A stretch of 64,000 nt of DNA from NCBI RefSeq assembly GCF_009914755.1, contig NC_060927.1; one strand, given 5' to 3'. Shown one piece after another: positions 16,243-30,400 of this stretch; the stretch's first letter is position 1; each line of letters starts with the position of its first letter. The notes beneath the pieces are model-generated. The model was not told the origin of the DNA. It searched no databases and saw only the letters and a list, made by a program, of their open reading frames with translations. Source of the DNA: the human T2T-CHM13v2.0 reference genome, Homo sapiens. The translations under genes were made by a program, and so were the position numbers.

Positions 16243-18338
16243 CTAAGAAACAAAATATTCAACAATATTATTTTCTAACTCATTAACACAAACAAGCATA
16301 TTCATTTATCAGATACCTACTTGGTATCTGATATACTTGGCACAAATTCTTCCCTCATCAAGTTTAGTTTCTAACAGTGGAGACAAATAATAAAACAACA
16401 TTTATATATAGGAAGTTCTAACTACAGTTACAGTAATTCTCTGAAAGTTGATACTAATCCAAAGAGGACAGAAGTTCATGAAATAAAATAAACTTTTTTT
16501 CTCTTTCTTCCTTTATTTTCATCCCTCAGTGTCTTTGCACATAAATTATCCTGGAATACAGAGTTACTTTCACACGCAGTGGCTTTGAACTAGTGTCTTT
16601 GTCTATATATAAAATAATTTCAAAACTGAAGGTGAAATACCAATGGGAACTATCTGCCCTGACAATGGTCATGGAAAAAAAAATGTAAGTTAACAAAACA
16701 CTCATCATGAAGCAAATATAAAGTAGGAAACTGTGGCAAGAGGAAGATAAGTAATTTATGACGTTTATATAGCTAGAAACTAGCAGACCTAGGCTTTGAA
16801 TATAGGTCTGCCTGATTTGAAACCTAGACTTATCCTGCCACCCTATTAATTCATTTTTACATGTTCTTATTCTAGGATTGAATATAACTGGGATTTTAAA
16901 AAATGTGAATCCAGTAGAAACAGATTAGGAATTCATTAGTAAGAGCTCTAGATGAGGTTATAGTATAATCAGAGTAGCTATCAGTTTTTAATAATTCCGT
17001 AATGAATCTAACTAATGCCCAAATATAGTCTGTTCCCATAAATCAATGTAAAGCAACTTGCTTTAATTTTTTATAAATTTATAAATTATATAAATGAGAT
17101 CATATTAAAGAACAAAGCTAGTGACCAATAAAGCATGTCATTCAAAGACAAATCGAAATCAAAATTCTCAGCACATATCCCCTGGCCCTCCCAGACACCA
17201 ATAAACAATTACAGAATTCTTTCCACTCTACTGAAGCTTATATTTGAATTATGCAATCGCAAATCTGGAAGAGTTTTGAATGTCTTGGTTTACAGATAAA
17301 AATCCTAAAATAGTTATGTTTTGTCTACTTTTAGCACAAACTTACAAAGTTAACTATTGATAGTTTTAGAGCCAGAACAAAGGACCCCTAACTAGTCCAT
17401 TGTTTTCCTAACTACTGCCCTACAAATTAGTACTTAATTCCGTAGGAAGTACTACCTTACACAGAAATCATTTTCTGAAAACTGAAGTACAAAATGAACA
17501 ATTTTATACTCAATTTGGATGGAGCACCATAGATTTCTAAGTCATTTCTTCTGATGGAATGGCTTCTACTAGGACAGAAAAAGAGGGAAATAGGTTCAGG
17601 TATAGTTCTTAGGAATGAAAAGAAAGTAGATTCAACCACTTTATTCAGAAGCAGGAACTCAGTCTGCAAACTGTGAAGTACCAATTATGATGGCCACTTT
17701 AGAAAGCTCTATTTTACAGCTCCCCTCCACCTGCTTTTCACCTTTTGTTTTGCAACTCTTCAAATTCTCTTGTGATCCAACAACTTAATTATTTATAGAG
17801 ATTGGCCATCTCCTATAATAAGATGCTCAGGGAGAACCTTTGGCACTCAGCTTAAGTCCTGTCTTACCAGTGGTGGAAAATTTCTGTGAAACTATTTACA
17901 CTTTTTTATTCCTCAGATATAATTACCTAGGAATGGATTAAAACATTATTTTATTTATAAAAGGGGCAATCCTGGAGTCAGAAACCCATTAGTTTGTTGA
18001 GAATTCTTTTAAAATCCTATGACAGATTATTCCTGAAAAAACTTCAAATCTCTCAATCCAATATCCCCCATGAGGAAAAGGCAAGCTTTACCTAACACTA
18101 TTTTATTACTGTCCAGGACTACCTTTAGTCTCACCTAATTGAAAAAAAACAATAACCATGTAAGCCATTTTACAACAGTCACTGGTTTTTGATTATGTCA
18201 GCAGCTTTGAGCTGCTGAGAACTTTATGGATCCTATGCACTTAAACACTCATTCAGATTGTTTCCTGAACTAGCTCTGTCAGAACATATTTTACACTGAG
18301 CAATATTTTATACTGAGCAATGGATAGTCTTAAATTGA

Positions 18339-18699
<361 letters not shown>

Positions 18700-18920
18700 T
18701 TTTTTTTTTTTTTTTTTTTAACTTTTAAGTTCAGGAGTACTTGTGCAGGTCTGTTACATAGGTAAATTTGTGTCATGGAGATTTGTTGTACAGATTATTT
18801 CATCACCTAGGCATTAAGCCTAGTACCTACTAGTTATTTTTTCTAATTCTCTCTCTCCTCCCACTCATCACCCTCTGATAAGCCCCAGTGTATGCTGTTC
18901 CCCTCTATATGTTCATGTCA
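18700..18920 (-). mobile_element. L1 3'UTR fragment (old L1PA/L1PB)
   Basis: acttttaagttcagg...ttacataggtaaa...cagattatttcatcacc. Confidence 0.8.
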
Positions 18921-19461
18921 CACACCTTCCTTTTAAGAAACATCTAAACTTAGTGACACACTTGTTACATTAATTGAATAGAGTAGTATGCATTAACATA
19001 TAAAAGAAGGAAAGGAACCCTGCTGTAAATTATTGGTGCTATGTAAGTCACAGCTATCCTGACAGACTCTGATCAGTTGAGAGTAGACCAGGAATTCAAT
19101 GGGATGCAAATCATCAGACTATCTAACTAAATGAAAGATTCCCTGAGAAAGTGGATTGGATAAATAGGCAGGGCCTGAGGGCAATACATGTTTCCTTATC
19201 CTCTCCTACTGAATTGAAGAGAACGGCAGGAAAGAGTTTTCCCAGTGAATTCCTTTGAGTTTATTACTGCTTTATTACTTTTGAGTCAGATTCATAGTTC
19301 ATTAATTTTTACTTTTTTCTTGCATTTGGGATTATAAATTTCCCAGTAAGTAGTATTTGAGTTTCATCCTATACATTATTTACCTGTGATGTTTTTGCTT
19401 ACATTCAGTTCTAAATATTTCTACCTTCTATTTTAATTTTTTCATTAACCTGGACATATTT

Positions 19462-19765
<304 letters not shown>

Positions 19766-20403
19766 AACCTAGACATATTTGAATTGTATTAATTTTGTTA
19801 GCATTTTGCTATCGATTTATAATTTATTGTATTATGGTTGGAAAACACCGTGTGTAATATGATTTCTTTAGCATTTGTTGAAACTTCCTTTGTGGATTTA
19901 TTTTTGTAATGTGTTGTAACATGTATTTTGTAAATGTTCCATGTGTTCTTACAAAGAACACACATTCTCTAATTATTGAGTATGTGGTTCAAAATATGTT
20001 CTTTAAACTTATTTGTATTGATCAAATCTTCTCTATCTTTACTAATAGAAAATCTTATTGGATTGATGGATTTGTCAATAATACCATGTGGTTTTGTCCA
20101 TTTTTGCTACAATATATCTGAGGCTATATTGATAGGTACATACAAATTCAGATTTCCTTTAATCTTTCTATTAAATAGTTGATTTTATCATGTACATAAT
20201 GGTCCCCTTTACCCTGATAATGTTTTATTACCTTAAATTTTTTTTTAAATTAGTGCTTGCCTTTACTCTGAAATTCCTCCCCCCACCCCATGTTTTAAGC
20301 AGGTTTCTGGTAAAATAACTATACACACACACACACTATCCACATTTATTCTAATTACTTATATGATTGGGTTTATTCCCGTCAGCTTTACTCTTTCTAC
20401 TTG

Positions 20404-20907
20404 CTGTCAAGAATTGTGAAGGGTCTGAGATTTTATCCTACGTGCAAGCCTGTTATAGTTTCATGGATGCTGGACGAAGACACAAGACTCCTTGGTCAGA
20501 GACAAATGACTTTATCACTCACAACAATAGCAGTTGCCAGAGTATCATCATTTGCACCAATTCCCAGAACCCAGTTTTCACAGGACATCATGAAGAGAGC
20601 CACGTGACATCTGCACATACCCTGAGCTGTGTTACAGGAGAGAAATCCTGATCTTAGGAAATCCAATTATTTTATACTGGGCAGTAAGCCTGCCTGACCT
20701 TTGCCAGAGGAAAACATTATTTTTATTACACCAGACAGTAAACAAACCTAGTCTTTGCTCTGAAGAGGGACATAATCTCTATATTTCAAGGCTGTTATCT
20801 ATACAAGCACCCTTGAAAATATACTTTGGAACAAATAGAGTCAGTGGTTTTGCTCAAAAGATGTGCAAAAAAACATGAGAGACCCAAGAGGAATTGTACA
20901 CCCAATA
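20404..20907. mobile_element. Solo LTR, probably ERVL class (subfamily not confidently named)
   Basis: Begins tgtcaagaattgtgaagggtctgagatttt; ~500-bp block of higher GC; a second inverted partial copy lies at 21945-22160. Confidence 0.65.
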
Positions 20908-21944
20908 CTTAACTATACTATTTTTCCTTTGATGCATTTATTTCCTGACTGTTTTAATTAATTGGATTTTCTATGGTCCCCTTTTCCTTTAGTATTTTGG
21001 ATGACATACATTATGTCTGTAACATTTTAATTGTTACTCAAAGTATTTAACATGTATAACTAAAACACTAAGTCAACAATCCCTACAATGATCTCTACCT
21101 TCCTTTATAATACAGAATCTTAGTACTTTTAACTCTAATCATACATATCTAACAGTCTTACAAGTTATGGTACATATTATCCTCATTCAAATTTCTTCTT
21201 TTATAATTCTCAAATTGGGCATTCTAATAATTATTTTGTAATACATCTAATATATTTGCCATTTTCCCCTCACACCATTATTTCTTGCATCCTACTTCTT
21301 CCTTCCAGGTTTAATTTCTTCCTTTTTTAAGTATATCATTCAGATGTTCATTCAAGAGGCGAAATAACTAAATTACCTGAATTTTTCTCTAAACTTGCCA
21401 TTATTTTATTCTTGGTCTTGAATGAAAGTTTTGCAAGCCTTAGAATTCTAGATTGTTAGTCAGTTCTATTGGAAGTTTAAAGATAATGTTCCACTGTGTT
21501 ACACTGTTGAGGCTATCTGTTGCTGTGCATGAGAATTTAATGTCAATCTAGTAATTGCTCTTTGGAGATAATTATCTGTTGTCTTTTATTGCTTTTAAGA
21601 TTGTCTATGAGGTATCTCAAAAATAAGTCATAATGCGAATTTGTTTTTATTTATATTGTTCAGGAATTGTACTTTGTTATTTCACAATCTGTCATATTAC
21701 TAACTCTTCATATGTCTTTGCTGCAATACAAGCAATTTTTTAAACTTATCTTCCAGGGTAATATTTCTCTCCTTATTTGTATTTAATATGCTGTTTATAT
21801 CCATTTTATTATAATTTGAATAAATATATTTCGAATGTTAGAAATTTTTATTGGCCTTCATAAATGGAGCAGTCCATACTGTCTTATTCTTAAGTTCTTT
21901 TTATTTCTTCCTTTCTATTTTTAAACATTTTAAATATAGTCTCA

Positions 21945-22160
21945 CAGGATAGAGATTGAGTCTCTCTCTCTAGAGCAAAGAGCAGGTTTGTTTACTGTCT
22001 AGTGTAATGAAGATAGTCTTCCTCTAGGACAAAGGTCTGGCAGGCTTACTGCCCAGTGTAAAAGATCGGGTTTCTTAAGGTCAGGATTCCTCACTTATTA
22101 CACAGCTCACTGTTTATATAGATGTCACCTGGTACTCTTCATGTTGCCCTGTGGAAATCT
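21945..22160. mobile_element. Partial copy of the same LTR family in the opposite orientation
   Basis: Reverse complement aligns to 20570-20785 (ctgggcagtaagcctgcc; cagtaaacaaacct). Confidence 0.7.
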
Positions 22161-23430
22161 GGAAATTGAAGTTCTTGTTTTCTCTGCTGAAATGCATGCT
22201 ATGATCAATCGTTTTCTTCACTGGGGGAACGAGAAGATAAGCCCATCTGAAGTGGAGCTTTATTTTGTGGAATCTATTGTGGGATAAGGTGTAAGCATGT
22301 CCTTTTATAAAGTATTAGTACTTACTTCTGTCAGATACATCAGGATATTAATAGGCACGGATTAACAATAATGTTAATGTCTTGGCTTCAAGTTTCCAAG
22401 CAAGAAATACATATGCAAATGTATATTTGGGTATGTATATCCAAACCTATGCTAAATGAAAGCCCAAGATATCTATTTTCCAGGTGAAATGTTTTATTGG
22501 CCTAGCCCAGATCACTTGCAGAGATCAGTTTCCTTTCATCTTGTTGCACCTATGGGTATGTTCCTAGTGCACTCCTTTAATGACTGATCAGACATTTAGG
22601 GGTCTAAGTTTTTGCAGAGGACTCAGTTCCAATTTCTTATCTCACAAAGGTACAATATCTGCCACAAAGTGGGCACAGAAAGCCAATCCTCCAAGCAGAA
22701 GTAGCAGCAACTCAAGTATTCATCCTTCTGCTTTTTTGCTTCCCTCTTCAGGAACCATAGGAATTCATTTTAAATGACTTTTAAGCATTGTTAAAAATGT
22801 TTGCCTCACTTAAATTTCCTAAGAATGTATTATTAATAATTACAATTAGTAAAGATTTCTAGTATATAGAATGAAATTCAAATATAGTTTTAAAACATGG
22901 TAACAATGCAATAATGAGCTACTTTACCTTTCCTATGAGAAGAAACAAAATCTACACCTCTATTTCCTTATTAGCCATCTTCCTGAAAGAATTACCTTCT
23001 TCATCTTATACTTACATTAAACCACAGTAACTGGTTCTGTCTAGATATCTGCATTTATTTCATTTTGACCATTGACTATATTATCGGAAAAAACTAGAAA
23101 GTATTTATTATACTGTATTATTCATAATGAATTTCATTTGGAAAAGTTGTTACTTTTCCATGCTCTTACTATGCTGCATAAGGTGGGCCTTAAAGTATCA
23201 TTTATCACAGAAAGCCATTTATTAAAATGGCATTCCTCATATTAGAATTTGTCCTAGAGGCCATTAATGTTCTCTCCCATATGAGTCACTCTTCAACTAT
23301 CTCATAATAATATAAGGCAGCACATTTTAACTTTAATAGGAAGTAACTTGAGAATGTATTGTGTCACTAAGACATTTTCTTATGAGGTTTCTTATAAAAT
23401 TTTAATATAATAAACATAATAGAGATTTAC

Positions 23431-23738
23431 CAGTGATGACTTTGTAGTTTTTGATTCTTCAAAGCTTGGCCTCTTATACAGATTGCTCAATTTCAAGGAT
23501 TCTTTGATGTCTTGAGATAATTTCTCCTCAATGGGAGCTTTTTCTAAATCTCTACCTAGCAAAGTGTCCTTGCTTTCAAGTGATACACAGGAATCATCAG
23601 ACTTTTGATTACTTTCTAAACCTGTATTTTTCTCCTTTAAATTTCTTTCAAAGGAGGTGCTTTCCTCAATTTTTTCAATGTCAGAAGAATACACATCAGG
23701 ATCCACGATGTTGTCAAAATCTGTGTTTGAAGTTTCTG
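23431..23738 (-). CDS. ZBBX: ZBBX coding exon, 308 nt, phase 1-0 ([26 protein letters not shown]...[11 protein letters not shown])
   Basis: Acceptor tttttaacag|CAGAAA, donor TCACTG|gtaaat; overlaps ORF 23392..23751. Confidence 0.94.
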
Positions 23739-24317
23739 CTGTTAAAAACACACAGTTACAAAAGGTACATAAATAAATTTAAACAAATAATTAAACTGTT
23801 AATAAACCAAAAGTTCTGTGGTAAAAAAACTTTCTCAATAAACACTATTTCACAAATTCCTTTACTGATGTTTTAGTGTTAAAATATTTTTACTATGCTT
23901 ATATTCATAAGTGGTAATCATAATTCACTTATAGAACCAAACATTAATGAGCTAGACTAGTAAAAGAAGGTAATATTTTATTTTGCAATGAAATCTTAAA
24001 ATTGATGCAAATTTTTATTTCAGCCTGTGGTTCAATTCTCACTTTCCCACCTCCTCCTCTCACTCAAATTTTACAACAGTAATTCATGAGAAGTAACACA
24101 GGGGGAACATTTTTTCATTTTGCCATTTTTCCCTAGCATGCCTAGCAATAAAGAGAGGGCACAGGGAAATGTGCCAGATGAAAGAAGAGCAGCAGTTGGG
24201 GGCACAGAAAATGTGTAGCAGGGACACCTGCTTCTAGAAAGCTACAAAGTGAACAAGATTGTATTAGTCATCTACCTCATTATGTCTGCTTTAAATAAAT
24301 CATTTGGTTTACATCAC

Positions 24318-24508
24318 CGGTTTTTAACCTGGTTGCACAGTAGAATCATCTGAAGGCACTCTTTAAAATTGTCAGTGTATGGGCCTGACCCCAAACCAAT
24401 TAAATCAGATCCTGAGAGTGGAACTCAGGCATTGGTCTTTTGAACTTCCCCTTGCTAAGTTGTCCAGGTGATTATAGTGGGTAACACAGTAGTGAAACAC
24501 TGGTCTAG
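24318..24508. mobile_element. MER5-like DNA transposon
   Basis: aacctggttgcacagtagaatcatctg...aaatcaga...ccaggtgatt. Confidence 0.7.
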
Positions 24509-24831
24509 ATTTTCTGAAAAATAAAAATTCTTTGAATGTTTATACCATACTACTTTCATTTTAAATAAATGTACACCATTATCCAGACTGAATATAGCTT
24601 CTTCTGGTTATCCCTTACTCTGTTCCAAAGACAAATATCTCTATAAGTAGACTATGTAAAATAGTAGAAACTCTGAATAAAACTGTCTCCTGTGATGTAA
24701 ATGCTTTACAGCTTTACAAAGGACTTGCTTGTTGCAATCAAATGTTTATATAACTCACCAATTTCAGATAGTATTTAGAACTAGTGGAAACAAGGAAGTC
24801 AAAAGTACCTCTCTCCATAAGACACACCCAC

Positions 24832-26748
24832 ACAGGTGCAGAAAAGGCTTTCGACAAAATTCAACATTCATTCATGTTAAAATCTCTCAATAAACTAGGT
24901 ATTGAAGGAATATATCTCAAAATAATAAGAACCATATATAACAAACCCAGAGCCAACATCATACTGAAAGGGCAAAAGTATTCCCCTTGAAAACTGGCAC
25001 AAGACGAGGATGCCCTCTCTCACCACTCCTATTCAACATAATATTGGAAGTCCTAGCAAGGGCAACCAGGAAAGAGAAAGAAATAAAGGGCATCCAAATA
25101 GTAGGAGAGGAAGTCAAACTATCTCTGTTTGCAGACTACATGATGCTAAATCCAGAAAACCCCATAGCTTAAGCCCAGAAGCTTCTTAAGCTGATAACTT
25201 TGGCAAAGTCTCAGAATACAAAATCAATGTGCAAAATCACTAGCATTCTTATACACCAATGACAGTCAAGCTGAGAGCCAAAAGAGCTCCAATAGCTAAG
25301 GCAATCCTAAGCAAAAAGAGCAAAACTGGAGGCATCATGCTACCCAACTTCAAACTATACTGAAGAGTTACCAAAATAGCATGGTACTGGTACAAAAACA
25401 GACACATAGACCAGTGGAACAGAATAGAAAACCCAGAAAATAGACCACACACCTACAGCTATCTGACCTTCAACAAACCTGACAAAAACAAGCAATGGGG
25501 AAAGGATTCCCTATTCAAAAAATGATGGTGGGATAACTGGCTAGCCATATGCTGAAGATTGAAGCTGGACCCCTTCCTTATACCATATACAAAAATTAAC
25601 TCAAGATAGATTAAATACTTAAATGTAAATCCCAAAACTATGAAAACCCTGGAAGACAATCTAGGCAATAACATTCAGGACATGGGTATAGGCAAAGATT
25701 TCATGACAAAGATGCCAAAAGCAATAGCAGCAAAGCAAAAATTGACAAATAGGATCCAATTAAACTAAAGAGCTTCTGTACAGTGAAAGAAACTATCAAC
25801 AGAATAAACGGACAAACTACAGAATGGGGGAAAACTTTTGCAAACCATGAATTCAACAGAGCTCTAAGAACCACCTTCTATAAGGAACTTAAAGAAATTT
25901 GCAAGAAAAAAGCAATCTCAATAAAAAGTGGGCAAAAACATGAGCAGACACTTTCGTAAAAGGGACATACATGTGACCACAATCCTATAAGAAGAAGCTC
26001 AACATCACTCATCATTACAGAAATGCAAATCAAAACCACAATGAGATACCATCTCACACCAGTCAGAATGGATATTATTAAAAAGTAAAAAAAATAACAG
26101 ATGCTGGTGAGGTTGTGCAGAGAAAGGAACACTTATACACTGTTGGTAGGAATGTAAATTAGTTCAACCATCATGGAAGACAGCATGGTGATTTTCAAAG
26201 ACATAAAGACAGAAATACCATTCAACCCAGCAATCTCATTACTGGGTATATACCCAAAGGAATATAAATCATTCTATTATAAAGATACATGTATATGTAT
26301 GCTCAATGCAGCACTATTTATAATAGCACAGACAGGGAATCAACCCAAATGCTCATTAATGACAGACTGGATAAAGAAAATGTGGTACATATACACCATG
26401 GAATACTATGAAGAAAAACAAGATCATGTACTTTGCATGGACATGGATGGAGCTGGAGGCCATTATCCTTAGCAAACTAACAAAAGAACAGAAAACTAAG
26501 CACTAGTTTATAATTTATAAGAGGAAGCTAAATGGTGAGAACACATGGACACTTTAGAGGGGAACAACACACACTGGGGCCTATTGAAGGGTGAGGGTGG
26601 TAGGAGGGAGAGGAGCAGGAAAAATCACTAATGGGTGCAAGGCTTAATAAATGGATGATGAAATAATATGTACAACAAACCCCCATGACACAAGTTTACC
26701 TATGTAACAAAACTACACGTGTGTCCCTGAACTTAAAAGTTAAAAAAA
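24832..26748 (+). mobile_element. 5'-truncated L1 (old L1PA, PA11-16-like) with an internal deletion
   Basis: RT remnant LFADYMM, ORF2 C-terminus, and 3'UTR ending ccctgaacttaaaagttaaaaaaa. Confidence 0.88.
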
Positions 26749-26749
26749 G

Positions 26750-27052
26750 GCATGCCTACCAGTGACATGTCAGTTTACCACTGCTATGGCAACATCTGGA
26801 AGTTATCACCTGTTTCCCCAGCAACAACCTGATGACCCAGAAGTTGCCACCCCTTTTCCAGAAATTTCTGAGTAACTCATCTTTTAATTTGCATGTAATT
26901 AAAAGTGGCTAAAAATATTACTGCAGAGCCACCTCTGAGATGCTACTCTGGGTACAGTGCTTATGGGGTAAATCTGTTCCAAAAGGAACACTGCCTTTGC
27001 CACTGCTGTACACTGCTACTTTAATAAAACTTGCTGTCTAACACCACTGGCT
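26750..27052 (+). mobile_element. MER50-like ERV1 LTR fragment
   Basis: ctatggcaac...cccagaagttgccacc...aatttgcatgtaattaaaagtgg...aataaaacttgctgtctaacaccac. Confidence 0.75.
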
Positions 27053-28211
27053 TGCATGGTGCAAGCTGTCAGTGGATCTACCATTCTGTGGTCTGGAGGA
27101 TGGTGGCTCTCTTCTCACAGCTGCACTAGGCAGTGCCCCAGTGGTTACTCTGTGTGGGGGCTCCTACCACATATTTCCCCTTTGCACCACTCTAGTAGAG
27201 GTTCTCCATGAGTGCTCTGCCTCTGCAACAGACTTCTACCTGGACATTTAGGCATTTCTGTACATCCTCTGATATCTAGACAGAGGTTTCCAAACCTCAA
27301 GTCTTATCTTCTGTGACTCACAGGCCCAACACCATGTGGAAGCCACCAAGGCTTGGGGCTTGCACCCTCTGAATCCAAGGTCCAAGCTGTATCTTGGCCC
27401 CTTTTAACCCTGACTGCACTTGGAGCCACTGGGACAGAGTACCATGTCTTGAGGGTGAACAGAGCAGTGAGGCCCTGAGCCTGGCCCATGAAACCATTTT
27501 TCCCTTCTAGGCCTACAGGCCAGTAATGGGAGGGGATGCTGTGAGGATCTCAGGAATGCCCTAGAGACATTTTCCCCATTGTCTTGGCAATCAATAGTTG
27601 GTTCCTCTTTATTTATACAAATTTCTGCAGCATGTGGCTCGAATTTCTCCCCAAAGAATGGGTGTTTCTTTTCTACCACATGGTCAGGCTGCAAATTTTC
27701 CAAACTTTTATGCTCTGCTTCCCTTTTAAACATAATTTCCAGTTTCATACCATTTCTTTGTGAATGCATATGACTATATGCTTTTTGAAACAGCCAGGTC
27801 ACATCTTGAATGCTTTGTTTTGCTGCTTAGAAATTCCTTCTGCCAGATGCTGTAAATCATCTCTCTGAAGTTCAAATTCCACAGATGTCTAGTTTGAGGA
27901 GGGGGCCAAAATGCTGCCAGTCTCTTTGCTAAAGCATAGCAAAAGTGACCGTTACTTCAGTTCCCAATAAGTTCCTCATTTCCATCTGAAACCATCTCAG
28001 CCTAGACTTCATTGTCCATTATCACTATAAGCATTTTGGTCAAAATCATTCAACAAGTCTCTAGGAAGTCCTAAGCTTTCCCACATCTTCTTTTCTTCTT
28101 CTGAGCCCTCCAAACTGTTCTAACCTCTGCCTGTTACCGAGTTCTAAAGTCACTTCCACATTTTCAGGTATCTTTACAGCACTACTTCACTTTTCTGGTA
28201 CCAATTTTCTC
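27053..28211 (-). mobile_element. MaLR internal sequence (MST-int/THE1-int)
   Basis: gtgcaagctgtcagtggatctaccattctg motif; ORF 27404..27802 with the HKSLENLQPDHVVEKK signature. Confidence 0.85.
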
Positions 28212-28563
28212 TGTTAGTCCATTTTTAAACTGCTATAAAGAACTACCTAAGACTGGGTACTTTATTAAGGAAAGAGGCTTAATTGACTCACAGTTCCACA
28301 TGGCTGGGAGGTCTCAGGAGTCTTATAATCATGGCAGAAGGTGAAGGGGAAGCAAGGCATGTATTACATGTTGGCGAGGGCTGGGGATCTGCCACACACT
28401 TTTAAATCATCAGAGCTCACGAGGACTCACTCACTATCATGAGAACAACATGGAGGAAACCACTCCTATGATCCAATCACCTCCCACCAGGTCCCTCCCT
28501 TGACACATGGGGATTACAATTTGAGATGAGATTTGGTTAGGAACACAGAGCCAAGCCATATCA
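28212..28563 (-). mobile_element. MSTA-like MaLR 5' LTR
   Basis: Minus strand begins TGATATGGCTTGGCTCTGTG; directly abuts the internal sequence. Confidence 0.88.
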
Positions 28564-28569
28564 TAGATA

Positions 28570-30400
28570 GAAATCTAAAAATTATATACAAGATCTATAT
28601 GAGGAATTCTACAAATTCTGATTAAAGAAATCAAAATTCTAAATAAATAGAGAAATATTCTATGTTCATGGATGGGAAGATTTAATATTGTTAAGATATT
28701 TTTTCCCAACTTGATCTATAGATTCATTGCAATCCCAATCAAAATCCCCGCCTTTTTATAGAGAAACAAATGACCCAGGATAGTGAACACAATATCGAAG
28801 AAGAGCAAAGTCAGAAGACTTGATACTACCTTACATCAAGATTACTATAAATCTATAACAATCAAGAGAGTGTGTGGTATTGGAATAAATGTAGACAAAT
28901 AGATAAATGAAACAGAATAGAGAATCCTGAGTAGACCTATATAAATACAGTCAACTGATCTTTGAGAGAGGAATAAAGGCAATACAACAAAGAAAATATA
29001 ATCTGTTAAGCAAATGATTCTGGAACAACTGGATATCCACATGTGAAACAATATATATAGACACAGACCTTACACCTTCACAAAAATTAACTCAAAATAG
29101 ATTACACACCTGAATATAAAATGCAAAGCTATGAATCTCTCAAAAGATAACATAGGATAAAACATAGATGACACTGGCTATGACAATAACTTTCTAGATA
29201 CAACATCAAAGAAAAAATTGATAAGCTAAACTTTATTAAAATAAAAGCTTATACACTATGAAAAATAGTCCAGAGAATAAACAGGCAATCCATACACTGA
29301 AAGAAAATATTTGGAAAAGATATTTGATAAAAGAGTGTTATGCAAAACATACAAAAAACTCTTAAACCTCAACAATAACAAAATAAACAACCCAATCAAA
29401 ACATTAGCTAAAAACCTGAACAGATATTTTAACAAAGATATACAGTTGGCAAATAAGCATATTAAAAGATTCTCGATATCATATGTCAACAGAGAATTGC
29501 AAATCAAAAAAAAAATGAAATATCACTACACAATTGCTAGAATGGAAAAATTCTGAAACACTGGCACCAGATGATGGTGAGGATATGGAGTAACAGGAAC
29601 TTTCATTAATTGCTGGTGGGAATGTAAAATAGTACAGCTACTTTGGTAAGACTGTTTGGCAATTATTAAAACAAAACTAAACATACCTGTACCATATGAT
29701 CCAATAGTTATGCTCCTTGGTATTTACCCAAATAAGTTGAAAACTTAAGTCCCAATAAAAACCCATACATGAATATTTATAGTAGTTTTGTTCATAATTG
29801 CTAAAGCTTGGAACAACCAAAATGTTCTTCAATAGGTGAATTGATAAATAAACTATTGTACATTCATACAATTGAATATTATTTAGCACTAAAAGAAATG
29901 AGAAATCAAGCCACAAAAAGACAAGGAGAAACCTCAAATGCATATTATTAAGTTAAAGAATCCAATTATTAAAGGCTATGTACTGTATGATTCTAACTAT
30001 ATGACATTCTGGAAAGGCAAAACTATGAGGACAGTAAAAAAAATCAGTGGTTGCCAGGAGTTGGTCAGAGAGAGGGATAAACAGGTGGGGCACAGAGAAT
30101 TTTTAGGACGAGAAGGTATTCTGTATGATACTATAAGTGGTGAATATGTATCACATTATACTTTTGTCAAAACTCATAGCATGTACAATACCAAGAGTGA
30201 ACTCTAATATAAACTATGGACACTGAGTTACAATAATGTATCAAAGTAGATTCATCCATTGTAGTAAATGTACCAGTCTGGTTGCAGAAGCTGATAATGG
30301 GGGAGGCTATGTATGTGTATAGAGCAAAGGGTATATAGGAACTCTCTGTACTTTCTGCTCAGTTTTGCTGTGAACCTAAAACTGCTCTAAAAAGTAAACA
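28570..30400 (+). mobile_element. L1MC-like 3' portion
   Basis: ORF2 end plus 3'UTR ending ttttgctgtgaacctaaaactgctctaaaaa. Confidence 0.85.

Noticed and set aside
17460-17570. Cryptic exon with a good pyrimidine tract (ctctttttctgtcctag)
   Set aside because: Stops appear early in the ZBBX frame and the donor is ambiguous; such pseudo-exons are common
27404-27802. 132-aa ORF
   Set aside because: Remnant of the MaLR internal ORF in a truncated element
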